Source: Auanema rhodensis
Taxonomy: Eukaryota; Animalia; Nematoda
Direction of reading: 5' to 3'
Assembly (NCBI GenBank): GCA_964057225.1
Contig: OZ059896.1
Coordinates: 15,314,001-15,378,000 of the forward strand
Length of the DNA stretch: 64,000 nt
The number at the start of each line of letters is the position of its first letter. Position 1 is the first letter of the stretch. Of this stretch, positions 13,595 to 44,430 are shown one piece after another. The notes under the pieces were generated by a model, which worked only from the letters and a program-made list of their open reading frames with translations, had not been told where the DNA came from and searched no databases. The translations under genes and the position numbers were made by a program.

Positions 13595-14003
13595 CTGTTC
13601 TACCTCTCTTAGTCATCTTCTTTCTGTTGAGCTTCCTTCCTCACAATCTGTTGTCTTATCTATCCGCTGGAATTTCTTCTTCTTCTTGTATCCCCATTTG
13701 TGAATTAGATTCTGCTATCTCAACCGGTATCGAATAGACAGAAATAAAGCTTTGATCGTATGCGGAATATCTTCAACTGTTGAGTGGGTTATACAGTAAA
13801 AAGAAGCAATAATGGCCATTGATGCTGATGAAAACAACGTTTGTACTAAGACTGCAATGTTGACAAATAAATTAAAAAAAAAACAGTTTAAATTCCTTAA
13901 CGATATTCACAGGTTTGGAAAGAAATGGTTGAAGAACGCTTCTCAGCTTTATCTTTCAATTTCTATTTCATTCTTCTTCTCCCTCTCTTTCTCTCACTCT
14001 TTT

Positions 14004-14046
<43 letters not shown>

Positions 14047-17000
14047 TCTCTCTCTCTCTCTTCTGAGTCTTTTTCTCAGAGTAGCATGAAGAGTCAATTA
14101 ATATAGATGAGAAAAAAAGAAAAAAAGATATAGAGAAACATGGAAAAGCTTATAGAAAGAGGAAGAGGGATGAGAGAGAGAGAGCAAGAAGTATAAGAAA
14201 AGGAAAAGACCAAGGGAGAACAGCCGATGATGGCCAGAGCAGACCAAGTAGGCCATACGTCCACCAACAGCAGCCGGCAGGCTCCAGCTTCTCCGTTCTA
14301 TATCAGCATTTGCCGCTGTCTGCTCTCTCTATGTTCAGCTAACAGCTGTGTACATCATTCCGCAATTGTCCTAGTATCTGCCTCTCTATTAGCTTTATAT
14401 AGTCTCTGCTAGAATTTCCTCGCTCGCCCAGCTCACAAGCTACATTCTTAGCTTTCATCTCATCTCCTTCTTCTCTCTCCCTGTCTTACTCCCTCAATCG
14501 GTTGGTCAGTCTCTGTCTCTATCCCTCATCATCTCCATCTCCCACTTCTCTTTCTCATTCTTTCTCTCCCTGTCTCTTCCCCTGTGACTGAGTAGTATTG
14601 ATCCAGCTCCCTTCCTCCATCCTCCAACATACGCACCACACAGACTAGCACACTTTGACAGAAAGAGAGAACGAGATAGAAAGATGGGGAGAGAGATAGA
14701 GAAAAGGAAAAGAAAAACGAGAGAGTAAGAGATATGGATGGAGAGAAAGAAAGAGAAAGCTCACAGCCAAGCACATAGAATGAGCCCCGGGTCTCTGCTG
14801 CTCTGGCTCTCTGGTTCCTCTCACACTCCCTCTATCTGTGACACTGAGCTTCGGCTAAGCTGACGACAACGACGTTGGACGACGTCGTTGGACGTTGCTG
14901 GTTGCTGCCTGGTGCTGCTGTTATCGTTCATCCATAGTCATGAAAAAATCTTAAGAATCAGTTTCATGTTTCTGCTCCCTTCTATTCCTTCAAGTTCTTC
15001 GTATCTCGTATAAGTAAAACTATAATCATGATTTAAGTGGTTTCACTATTTCAAGAAACGCTGGAACAAATCTCAGTCTATCCATAAAGCCATGCTGTAC
15101 ATTAATTCTACCAAGCCTTCTTCACATATTTCAACTGAATTTCTCATTTTTTCTATTTTTCTCCTTGTCATTCGTTTGTTCTCCCCATTTCCGACAGCTA
15201 TATTACTCTCCCAATATACTTATCATATTATCAAATTTCATTCAAACTTAATTGTTTTTCTAACTCAAGCTGTAAGGAAGATTACTTTCTCGGTATGCTT
15301 TGAAACAAAATATTTCTTTATATTCTATTCTAAATGAACCTGAAGTTATGAAGGAAGGAAGTCTGTGAAACGGCACTTTAATCGAAATATTATTCTACAA
15401 CTCATCTATATATTCAATATTATACTATACTACTTATATTCTGACAGCATATTTTCAATTTTTTTTATTTTATTTTCAATTTTTTTCATTTTTCTCCTCT
15501 TTCTTAATCCATTTTTCTTTATCCCTCCCTCTTTCTCTTTTCCTCCCTCTTTTTTTTGCTCTTCTCCCTCGTTTCTTCTGTCCTTACTCTGCATTTTATC
15601 AAGAAGAGGAAAAAAATCAATTTTCTCAAAGATTTTTATAAGAAAAATCATTTAATTTAGCCTAGCGTAAACCAAATACATATATGTATATCTCCCTCTC
15701 TCCCTTCACTGCCCCCCCCCCCCATCTCTCTCTCTTTCTCCTTCTTTCTCTCTCTCCCTCTCTATCTCTCTCTCCAGATGAAGCTTTCTGAGCTTTCGTA
15801 TAAGAATTATATAAACTAAATGCATTTAGAAAATATTTATAAGATATTTTTATATATCTTCAATATTGAACGAAATTATGATTATTTGCTTTGTTTTCTA
15901 GTTTTTTTCAAAAAAAATTTGTTTCTTTCAATCAAAATCTCTGCTATCTTACTTATTCTTTCTTCTCTTATTCTATTTCTCATACATAACAGTATTAATC
16001 TCTCGGAAAACCAATAGGAAGCACTAGATAAATACCAGGTGTGCGGTTGATCTTCCCGAAATTGAATGACAGCAAACTGTCCCTCGTTTACCTCACTTTC
16101 GTGTGTTTCTGCCTCCTACGTGCTTGAGCTGACAACAATTCAGATGCCATCTCCCTTTCCTTTTCTTGTATGTATCATATCTATCTTAAAAAAGGCTTCT
16201 ATAGTTGCTTTAAAATTGAAAAAAAACTTTCTTTTCCTCGCTTTTACTTGCTCTATCCTTTTCCCTCCCTCTTTTTTTGATTCCCTTCTATTTTAGTGTG
16301 TACTAGCTTTCTTAGTGTCCAATAGCTTCTTCTTCCTTTTCTCCCTTTTTTAATTCTCTCCCTTTCAAACAAATCGGCTTCTTTAGGACCTTACACGGCT
16401 AGTAAATCATACTTGTCCAGGTTTATGACCTTGAGCAGGTCAAAAGGCTTCCTGTTAGTCTACCTAGTGAAATCTCTGCCACCTTCACACGAGCTCGTAT
16501 CTCTGCTGCTAGCCCATCTCTTGCTTGCCTCTTTTCATCTACCCCTTGCTTGCTTCATCTCAATATCTTCGTCCTATTTACGTTCTTTCCTTCCACCCTC
16601 TGTTCCTCACCGACCTTTTCAGCTTCTCGACCCGTCTCTCACACATTGACTACCACCTCAAATCAGCATCACGACGATGTGTTGCTCAAGATTCAATCTC
16701 TTGTCACATTACCCGTCTTGCCTCTGTTTTGCACGGCATTTACCTCAATTTTTTGGCATTTTCCTGCCTCTTGAAGCTTGCAACCTCATATGAAATTCTC
16801 TGTTAATCGTGCGTGATTTAATGTGACTCCGACATCGCCTTAACGTACGCTTTTTCCTTCGACCAATCCGAACAATAGTAGATTTGTGTTATTTCGATGA
16901 GAATTTTTTTTTACAAATAGATTGTTCGGACATTCTATCTGGTCTTCTGATACCATTGACGTCGTTTATAAGTGATGTTAAGAGGACAGCAATCAATATT

Positions 17001-20000
17001 AGAGCTGAGTACTTCCCCTAAAGTGTCTCTCCCTTATTACTTTGTTTCAGTGTATGTATATAATTTCTTTCTTTTTTCTCTCTTTTTCCTTTTTTCTGTA
17101 GTCATCTCTAATTTTGGATGTAGTTTAGATCTAAATATCATCAATGAGAACCATAAAAATTTACAAGTTTTATGCAATTTCAACTTAAAACTTTAAATTC
17201 CAAAAAGTGAACAAAGAAATTAAATCATATGCTAGCTAAAGAAGTTGACAAGTCCGAATCTAACACATAAAATTGGAAATTTTGGAAGAAGGGCATGGGC
17301 TTGATTCTCTCTCACATTCTCTTCCTCTCGTTTTCTCTTGTATGTCTTATCTTGACGTCCTTAAAAACGTCTTCAACTTTGATGTCACTTTGTAGGTTCA
17401 TCCGACAATTGTGCAGATTGCCTTCAGACTTGTTCAAGCATTGAATCTGCTCTTTTCCGCTTCTCTCTTTCCCTCATTTTCTCTCTCTTTTTTCTCTCAT
17501 CGGACCCCCAAAAGCTTTCTGACTTTCTCGGCCTCGACGGCGTCATTGTCGCCACTAGCTTTAGCCGATGTGCTTCGTCGATCTGGGTCCAACTCTATGT
17601 GTGTGCCCCAAAGGCTGACGGCCTTCAGACGAGTTTGCCACTTGTCTGATCCTGGCTCTCGAACGAAGTCCCCCTGGTTCATCTTCAAATCACACTGGAA
17701 TCAGTCTTTTCCAGCTTATTCGAGAAAAAGTATCCGTTCTATATCATGCAAAATTGAATAAAAATTAAATGCGAAAGGAGAAGATGAAGAAGGAGAAGAA
17801 GAGGGATAAGAGAGAAAGAGGGGAAGAGAAATTGATATATTCATCCATTGAATCGTAGTTTTAATCGCTAAAACATGTCTCAGATGTAGTTTTCAATATA
17901 TGCTTATATAGTATAATTTATTTTAGTTTTATAGTATATTATTGAAAGAAAACAAAGAAACGATGATACTACATGTTCATATGTCTGTTGATATACAAGA
18001 GAAAGGAGGGAGGAGAGGAGGAAAAAAAGAAAAAAAGGCTTCGAAGAAACAGAATCTTCTAGTTCATCGAATATTCTGTTTACGTTGTTTACTATATTTG
18101 GTAAAAAAAGAGAAAAGAGAAAGACGAAACAGAAGCAAAGCAAGGGAAGCCTGCAGTATGAGACGAGTTCATATGATGGCTGTGACAGTAGGGCTGGAAG
18201 TCGGAAGATATGTGAGAAAAAAAGCAAAAAAAAGAAACGAAATCAACTATTAGTTTAGAAGAGAATGAAGGGAAGAAGCAAGAGTGGGAGAAACAGAAAC
18301 GGAGAGATGAATGAGTGAGGGAGGAAGAACATCCGTTCTGTACGAACAAAAAAAAACTAACAAACAAAGTTCATGCTGCAAGGGTGAACGTGAGGGTGGA
18401 TGAAGATACATGTAAGTTGCATCCATACGATCCAACACCTCCTTCACATTCGACTGCTTATCATATCAGCAACTTGCTATATTTCTGGCACAGCTTCTGT
18501 TCTCCACCAATTACATATCCAATCTTTCTCTGATGCCTATGCTGATTTCTGTCTTTTCACTCAGTACTTGCTACTGCCACCATGGCGTGAAGTTAACGCA
18601 TCTTTCTATCAAGATTTCCTTTATGCATTCGTCTCTTCCTTCTTCTTTCAGTTTTTTGTGCCTTCCGCAATCGTCGTCATTAGTGTCGTCATCGGTACCA
18701 GTTGGGCTGGAACATTCAATGTATATGTATATGTATTTGTGTCTTTTGTTTGTTTACCGGTCTAGCCTATTGCTATAATTTAATGAGAGTCACAATGTGT
18801 GGAGCACAGGGTACAACGGGAATTTTCTATTTCTGCCTTTCTCTCCCTCTCCCTTTCTCTCTCGCTCTCGCTTTTGATCTCTCTCGATCTCTCTCTCTCT
18901 CTCTCTCTCTTTCTCTTTTTCTCTCTGTAGATATATATATATATATATATATATATACACTTATATCTAAACTTTCTTCCTTTTTTTTTGCTCTCTTAGT
19001 GTCTCTTTTCATTTAAACCTTTATACATTCTGAGACTTCAATCTCCTTATTCATCTCACCTTCCAAACCATCATTACTGTCTTCCTTCCAACACCGTTGT
19101 GCTTTCCGTCAATTCTGATTTCTCGCATTTCTTGTCAGTTTCTGTCTCTTTTCAAACTTTTTTTTTAGTTTTAATTCTTGACTTTCGTTCTTATTGTCGG
19201 CATTCTTTTTTTCCTTTTCCGTAAGTTGACCTCATAGAGTTGATGACAACATTATAAGAAAATCGTTTAAACTCTTTATAATCAAACTTTCATCAAAATG
19301 AAAATATGATAAATTGACCTTAAATTTGTATTTTTAGAAACAATTTTCGATTACTTTTTTACAAATCCATATAAGTATATGGTTATATATCTTTAAAATT
19401 ATAAAAAAAAGAAAAGTGAATGACACAATAAGAAAGAGAAGGTCAGTCAGTATTAGAGAAGAAAAAAAAAGACACACAAACAGAGAGAAAGAGTTTTCAC
19501 TTTATATCTTCATCTACTCTCCTGCGATGGTCATAGAAATGCAGGGAAGAGGGAGAGAAGACAAGAAGAGTAGGAGAAGCTCAAATCCAAAAAATTGCGA
19601 ACGAAAGAAAACAGCAGAACAGCTTTTGGACCATATAGTCGTATATTCTATATTTTACTTAAAATGCTTGAAGTCATCAAGCTTCTAACAGTATTATCCT
19701 ATCAACCACAAATTTGTGGTTAGCACGTCTATATGAAAACTTATTTATTGTTATTTTTTTTTCAAATATATCATTTTCATTGAATATTATCGTCTTTTTG
19801 TGACCTTTTTTCTCAAATTAACTATATATTTCAATCTAATTAAATGTTAAAATGAACTTTCTATGCCACCAGATTCAACAAACTGACCGCTTCTTCCGAT
19901 TCTCGGCTCATAAACTTTCATTCTACTGCTTTGTGCTTAAATTTTTGAGAACAAGGATGTTGCATGAGCCTTCGTTAACTATTTAATAGGAAAAATCAAT

Positions 20001-20967
20001 ATTTTTATAGAAAAAAGGAATAGAAATTCGTATAACTTCATTATATTCAGTCATTACGATGTTGATTTGAAGAGGTTTTGATTAACACCTAGCATATTTG
20101 ATAAAAAAATTAAAGTTCTCTCTCTCTCCCTGTGTACCTATTTCCTTTTCTCTCTATCTCTCTCTAAACTTTTGTACCTCCCAGTTCTCTGTGAAAAAAA
20201 AGTTATGTTTGGAAAAAATCATGTGAGAAGGAGCTAGCTTAAAAGAAAAATTCGATCTTCGACGCTCAATAGTTCAGATTTTTAAGCCATAGACAAAGAC
20301 AAAAAGAACATAAAGCTCACACAAAGAATAGAAATATATATATATTCATCATCAAATTTCATATTTGATTTTATAATCTTTATTCTAAAACAATATCTTG
20401 ACTAAATCCCATTTTTATACTTTTCATCATAATAGAAAGAACAGAAAAAAATATATCAAATATTACTTTAATCTTAGAATATATTCATAATTTATTTATT
20501 TTTATATAATATATAGTTTATTATCTTTTTTTTTTCAATAAAATATATGTATATTGTATATATATTTTTTGAATTTTAAAGCAATCATTGATAACAAGAT
20601 TGTCACTCCTTCCCTCCCTCATTATATTTCTTCAACTATCTTCATAGTAATATATCTAAATTTATTTAAAATTTATAATATATTGAAAGATAATTGATTT
20701 ATATATAGTATATTAACCAATATTATACTTCTGTAATATTGTTTCACCAAATATTTTATCATTTCAAGTTAAGAATTTAAGATAATTTAATAAAATTAAA
20801 TATGATGTAATAAGTTTGTTTTTTAATTTATAAAATTACATATAATTAATATAAATAATTGAATTATATTATTTAATAACTTACTTGATTATATTCAAAT
20901 ATATTTATTATATATAATATTATTTTTATCATTTTCCTGTAACTATATGATATATACATATTCATAG

Positions 20968-20972
<5 letters not shown>

Positions 20973-21039
<67 letters not shown>
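20973..21039. repeat. (TA)n microsatellite
   Basis: Seen directly. Confidence 0.95.
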
Positions 21040-21043
<4 letters not shown>

Positions 21044-21934
21044 ATATATATGATTTTATATGATCAACCGCTTAATTGGGAAAAATGAGCAAAAATGATT
21101 TGAATTTCACGTCAATCACTCACGCGAATAATATGCTAATGAAGCTAATTGAATCATTTCTTAACGTAATTATTCATATAACATTGAAAACTTTTATTAT
21201 AACTATATGTATATATAACTATTATATATTTTTATTTTTATTAAACACATATATCACATATCTGACTCTTTCCATGTGTGTCGTCTGTATTCTCAATCAA
21301 TGCCAATTTTTCTTTTTTTTTATTCTCATGTCGTCATCACCACTTCATCGTCATCTATTAATACATCTTCATGTAATTCGGATGTACTTCCTACTCCAAT
21401 ATACATATACATATTTATTTTTTTCTCTTTTAACTCTTTTTCAATTGCATATTCCTTCTAGTTCTCTCTTTCTCTTTCTCTCTCTCTCCCTCTCTCTCTC
21501 TCCTTTGCTTACCGGATTGTTTACCGGGTTTTGCTAGCCTTTTCCTGTTTACTTGAGCAAGAGATGAGCGGAAAACACTGGGAGAAGAAGCTTTTACACG
21601 CAGAGACACACATGGAGGGCACACGGTTTTTTGCTCAAAAAATTTGGGTGGGAAAAGTCATCCAGAAAAGTACGAATGAAGGAAATATTCAGTAGATCGC
21701 TTTCCCTCTTTCTTTCATCTTCTCTTTCTATCTTTCTCTCTTTTAAGTTTTTGTGTTGAAAGTGTAATTATTGTTCATTTAATAACAAGTACTTGACATC
21801 CGAATATTGATTTTTAAAGTTTTTTTATAAGATGATAACTACTATATTTGAATTTAAAAGTTTAAATGTTAGTTATTTATACTGTATATTCTCATATGTT
21901 AGTGTTAAAAGGTCTAATCAGTATCTCTACCTCT

Positions 21935-21977
<43 letters not shown>

Positions 21978-22584
21978 TTTTCTTTTTCTGAATTTTTCAT
22001 TTTTTTCATTTCTCGTTCTCCTAGTTACATATACACACTAACACGTTCCTATCAGCAATCGTGAGCAGCTGCTATGCTCTTTCTCCATTATACTCTCTAG
22101 TAGCACAGGAGGATCGACCAAGCTTTTCTTTTTTTTTCTTTTTTTTTGGGATAAGATTTTTGCTTGAAAGGCAAAACTTGACTGATTGAAGGACAATTCA
22201 AATTCATTTCTTATGCTAAATGAAAAAAACAACAAAATATCCGTTTCAACAGTAAATACACTGCAAGTTATCCAATACTTTTGAGATTTCTTTCATTAGT
22301 TTTGGTGTCGTAGCTTCTATCTATTCTCATATCTAAAACGGAATAGGGAACACAAAGATATATAGAGAGAAAGAAAAGTTTAAAGTAAGAGAGATAGAGA
22401 GAGATAGAGAATATATATATCTATATATATGGTTAGGTATAAATATACATATATAGTATTCTATTTATATATTTTTTTTCATATTTTATCATTTCAACTT
22501 ATATGCCGTCGTCATGCAATTCTTTTTTATTTTCAATTTTCTTCAACATATTTACTAATTTTTCGTTATTTAGTTCTAGCAAGT

Positions 22585-40360
<17,776 letters not shown>

Positions 40361-40565
40361 TATATATTATATTATTTTATTTTTTTCATTCATGTATGAA
40401 AGAAGAAGATATTGAAATCTGAAAAAAGACAACAAAGAAAGAAGAAAATATAATTTTATTTTGGATTTTATTGTAAAGAGAATAATTCAATATATAATAA
40501 TATATATAATATGTAACATCGATAGAAGAGAGATCGATGAATTTAGAATAATTAGTATAATTATA

Positions 40566-40597
<32 letters not shown>

Positions 40598-41745
40598 TTA
40601 TATATATAAATATATATATCTGTCTTTTTTTTGATCAAATTCTCTCTCCTTATGTCTCTCTCTCTATTTCTTTCTCTCTCTCTCTCTTTATTTCTCGAAA
40701 TGTTTTATCGTGTTTTTCTGAATTGACTCACATGTACTTTCAACCTTATATGGATTAGTTTACGGATTTATCTGATTTTTATTTTACTTTTTGTACATTT
40801 AATCGTCAGCCAAGATAGATAGAGACGGTAAAGAACCAAAGAAAAAAACAAATTATAATTATAGGAAAAGTTATAAGAAAAGAGATTTGAGAGATTGATG
40901 AAGAAGATGATGATAAAACTTCACAAATCTTCAATATCGCTTTTCTTTTTTACTTCATCGACCATTTAGTCAGACTTTTCTTAATTTTTTATTTTTTTGT
41001 TCAAAAATGAAAAAAATACGATTTAGAGGATTGTATCCTTTCTGAGAAAAAGCCAACGGTTTATTGTTTTTTTACATAACTATTTCATATTTTCATGTTG
41101 GCATTTTTTGAAGAAAGGAAAGTAATTTGTTTTCTCTGGCTACAACAATCTGTTCTTTCTCCTCTATCTGTCTTCCTCCCTCCCTCACCCCTCCCCTCCC
41201 TACTTTCCAATCTTTCAGTCAAAAACTTTCAAAATAATAATTATTAATTGTCATAGTAAATATGCAAAGTATACGAGATAGAGGTTATAAACACCCCCAC
41301 GCACACATCCACCATCCACTATCACAAACACTCACACTTCCCACTTCCCTTTCACATACTATAGAGATTCTTCTACCTTTTCTTTATTTTTTTTTTGTTT
41401 TTTTTTTCTAAAACAGAATTCAGACGATTATGCATCGATACGTGATCTATCCCCTAGTCGGTCATGGTTTTCATCATCTATTTCATTACGAGTATTCATC
41501 TGGCGCTTATATATCTGTGTCTTATAAATTACTTTTTTATTATTATTTTGTTTTTTTTGTGACGTAATTTAATCCATATAAGGTTATACATTTTGCCTTA
41601 GTTATCATCATCTATTATTATATCATGATTTTTATATTTTGTTGATTCTCTTTGGAATTTTTTTTCGTATAATAAATTTTAAAAAAAATTTTATATTTAA
41701 TTATAAAAGTAAATAAATAAATATTATAAACAACTAAGAAATGCT

Positions 41746-41894
41746 AATCGTATACCATATAGGTAACTAAAGATGATAAACTATATGAAAATATGAGAAA
41801 AAGGAAAAGCTTACGGCACCCGGGATTCCCAAGCCGTCTCCGATCCAAGTACTAACCGGGAGTGCAACCGTTCCTTCTAATTTGGTTTTGAAAA
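41746..41894 (-). repeat. Fragment of the 5S rDNA repeat unit with a 99-bp internal deletion
   Basis: Matches 44546-44661 joined directly to 44761-44794. Confidence 0.95.
41808..41860 (-). pseudogene. 5S rRNA pseudogene (3' 53 nt only)
   Basis: Identical to 44609-44661. The 5' part of the gene and its proximal upstream flank are deleted. Confidence 0.93.
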
Positions 41895-42798
41895 ATAAAA
41901 ATTTGTAAATCAGATCATCGATCCTCACGTTTACACGTTAATATTCTAATTAACTTGAAAAGCGAAATATATGCTTATCTTTCCTTATTATCCCCATTAT
42001 AACTTAGTGGGGATTCCAAAAATTCACAGAGGGGTCTTAATAGACCACACAGATGTTTATATGTGTTTATAAATATTGTCATTATAGTATATCAATTCTA
42101 GATCCGACAGTTCACCGTATTTCAACTAGGTGTTGAAAACAATATTCGACATATACAATAGAAATAAAGGAAGAGATTACTTAAAACCGATGAGAGCCAT
42201 AATTAAAACTAAAAAAAAAACAAAATTTTATAATTAGGATTTTATATGATTTTCACATCTTCATAGAATAAACTTCTTTTATTCTTTTTGTGAATATAAT
42301 ATGGAATAAACAAGCTTCTTTCTGACGTTTAGGCTAATGATAATATCAGATTTGAAAATCAAATGATCAGATACTTATAGAATATTATATATGAAGAGAT
42401 TCAGATACTCAAAATAATAAATCCAAAACTAATTCTCAACTGATTGTACATAATAACGTTATTACGTTTTAGCGTAAACAGAAAAATGATACATCCGGTG
42501 CTTTTTGTTGAGTAAAAAAGGAATTGCAAGCTGATGAGAACAGAATCTTTATCAGTTCCCTGATATTCACATTAAGAGTTATCCGTCATATCTGATTTCA
42601 ATGGTAATGAGTTTGAAATTTAAAAAAATCAGAAATAGTATTGCTCGTTCTCCATATGTATTCTATAATTGCATTTCTTGTTATTTCATTCTTAGTACAC
42701 TTTGTTCATATTGAAATGGAAACATCTGTGATTTTCAGATATTACTTGTAAGAACTATCTATTTACTGTAATAATTGGAATTTATTCTTATAATCACA

Positions 42799-44217
42799 AT
42801 GTTAACTTCAATTCTTCTAAGTCTTCTAAGTTTTGCAACGATTACAGGATTTTGTATAACTATTGTTGTTTTAATTCCGGTATCTATATTAGCCTTCAGG
42901 TATAATATTTATAATTATAAATATATCATAAATCTTGAATATTAGGAGAAAATCTTCACCAATTTACTATATTGCTGTTTCTAATCTTTTAATTGATTGT
43001 ATTCTACTGTTTACAACCATATGTTATATCATTCCTGCATTCATATTCCAAGTAAAACATGTTTAACATCAGCTTCATGCTTAAACTGTTATTTCTAATA
43101 TAGACATGGATTTTTGCTGATGGTGGTAATAGTGAAGCTGTTAAGCTTGTTTCGGATATTTTTAGATTTTGCTGGTTTTTCACATCAGCTTCACATCTAA
43201 CTGCCTCTCTTAATAGGTAAATTTGAACCAATTATATAATAATAATCAATCAATATTTTAAATATTTTAAAGAGTAACTGTTGTATGTTTTCCTACATAT
43301 AACATATTTACACATAAACTTGTTAAAATATATGTTGTAATAAGTTTCTTTATTAATATATTTTTAACTATATTAACTCAACGTACATTACCATGTTGTG
43401 CGTAAGTTCTTCAAGTTGAATGATAATATTAATCTTTGAAACTTTAAGAATTGCTGTTGATATTGATTTATATTCATATACATATAGATTTATTGATAAT
43501 CTTACTAACTATGCTGATATCTATATTGATTTACCATATTGTCTAACAACAACTGTTATATGTGCTATAAGCTATACAACTGTATGAGTTTATTTTTAAA
43601 TTTTCAATAGATACATCTTTCATATTTTTTGAATAGCATTATTTAAACTTGATCTTAAACCTCTCAAACCTAAGCTCCAAGCTTAAATTTAACTTCAGAT
43701 CATAATGAGCTTAAACATCAGAGTATGATAGAAACTTTTATTCAATTAAAGGGTATCTAAATGGTTTCTAATTTTTTTTAGATTGTACTTCATGTTAGAC
43801 AATCAACAAAGAATTATACACTCAGCCAAACTATTCGACAAAAAAGAAAAGTTCAAGAGTATACGTGAGATAGATCATTCAATCAATTGGATAAAATAAT
43901 TTTTTTAGTTATGCCATACAATTCTGTGCCATTTCTGTGTTTTACCTTATAGCTTGGATCATGTTTCGACTTTTGCCATATTCCATAATAACATATGAAG
44001 CTTCATTGAGTTGGTTGATCATTAGCCCAATTACAGTATCTATTACCTGTAGTGCTAATGGCATTATTTATCTTTTAACCAATAAAGAAGTAATTAATTC
44101 TATCATAATATTCTCAAAAAATAGTAAATTTAATTATAGGTTCGACGAATTATAGAAAAACGTATAATTTCAATCGGAAGAGGGAATTCTGCTGTTTCAA
44201 TTATTAAAACTTATTGA
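42799..44217 (+). CDS. Nematode serpentine 7TM chemoreceptor, Srx/Srxa-like, 8 exons, apparently intact
   Basis: Spliced translation: MLTSILLSLLSFATITGFCITIVVLIPVSILAFR / RKSSPIYYIAVSNLLIDCILL..CYIIPAFIFQ / ..FCWFFTSASHLTASLNR / ..LPCC / ..YSYTY..NYADIYIDLP.. / ..EYTYAIQFCAISVFYLIAWIMFRLLP..SANGIIYLLTNKEVRR..KTY*. Seven hydrophobic segments and Srx-type motifs. TTTTCAG ending 42738 is a possible trans-splice site, and AATAAA lies ~30 nt after the stop. Confidence 0.85.
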
Positions 44218-44367
44218 AATTTTTTATATCTTATTATAAAAAACAAATAAACAGAATTATGAACAATTGAATTCAACCGTTCCTTCTAATTTGGTTTGGA
44301 AAATTGACGCGTCATGAGAAAAATGACGTCATTTCACGTGGAACAATCTTCCATAATATGCTAATCA

Positions 44368-44430
44368 GCCTTATCAGGCATTCAAAAATTGCGTATATCA
44401 CCCATGTTTCAGGGAATATCGCGGGTAATT
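44368..44430 (-). ncRNA. Candidate Sm-site small RNA (SmY-like architecture) in the 5S spacer; second copy at 44859-44921
   Basis: Minus strand reads: bulged hairpin GCGATATTCCCTGAAACATGGGTGATATACGC, then AATTTTTGAA, then hairpin GCCT-GATA-AGGC. Structural inference only. Confidence 0.3.

Noticed and set aside
41895-44273. Classical transposon (TIR, LTR or Helitron) carrying the srx gene
   Set aside because: No inverted termini, TG..CA ends, TC..CTAG ends with a hairpin, or transposase remnants are visible.
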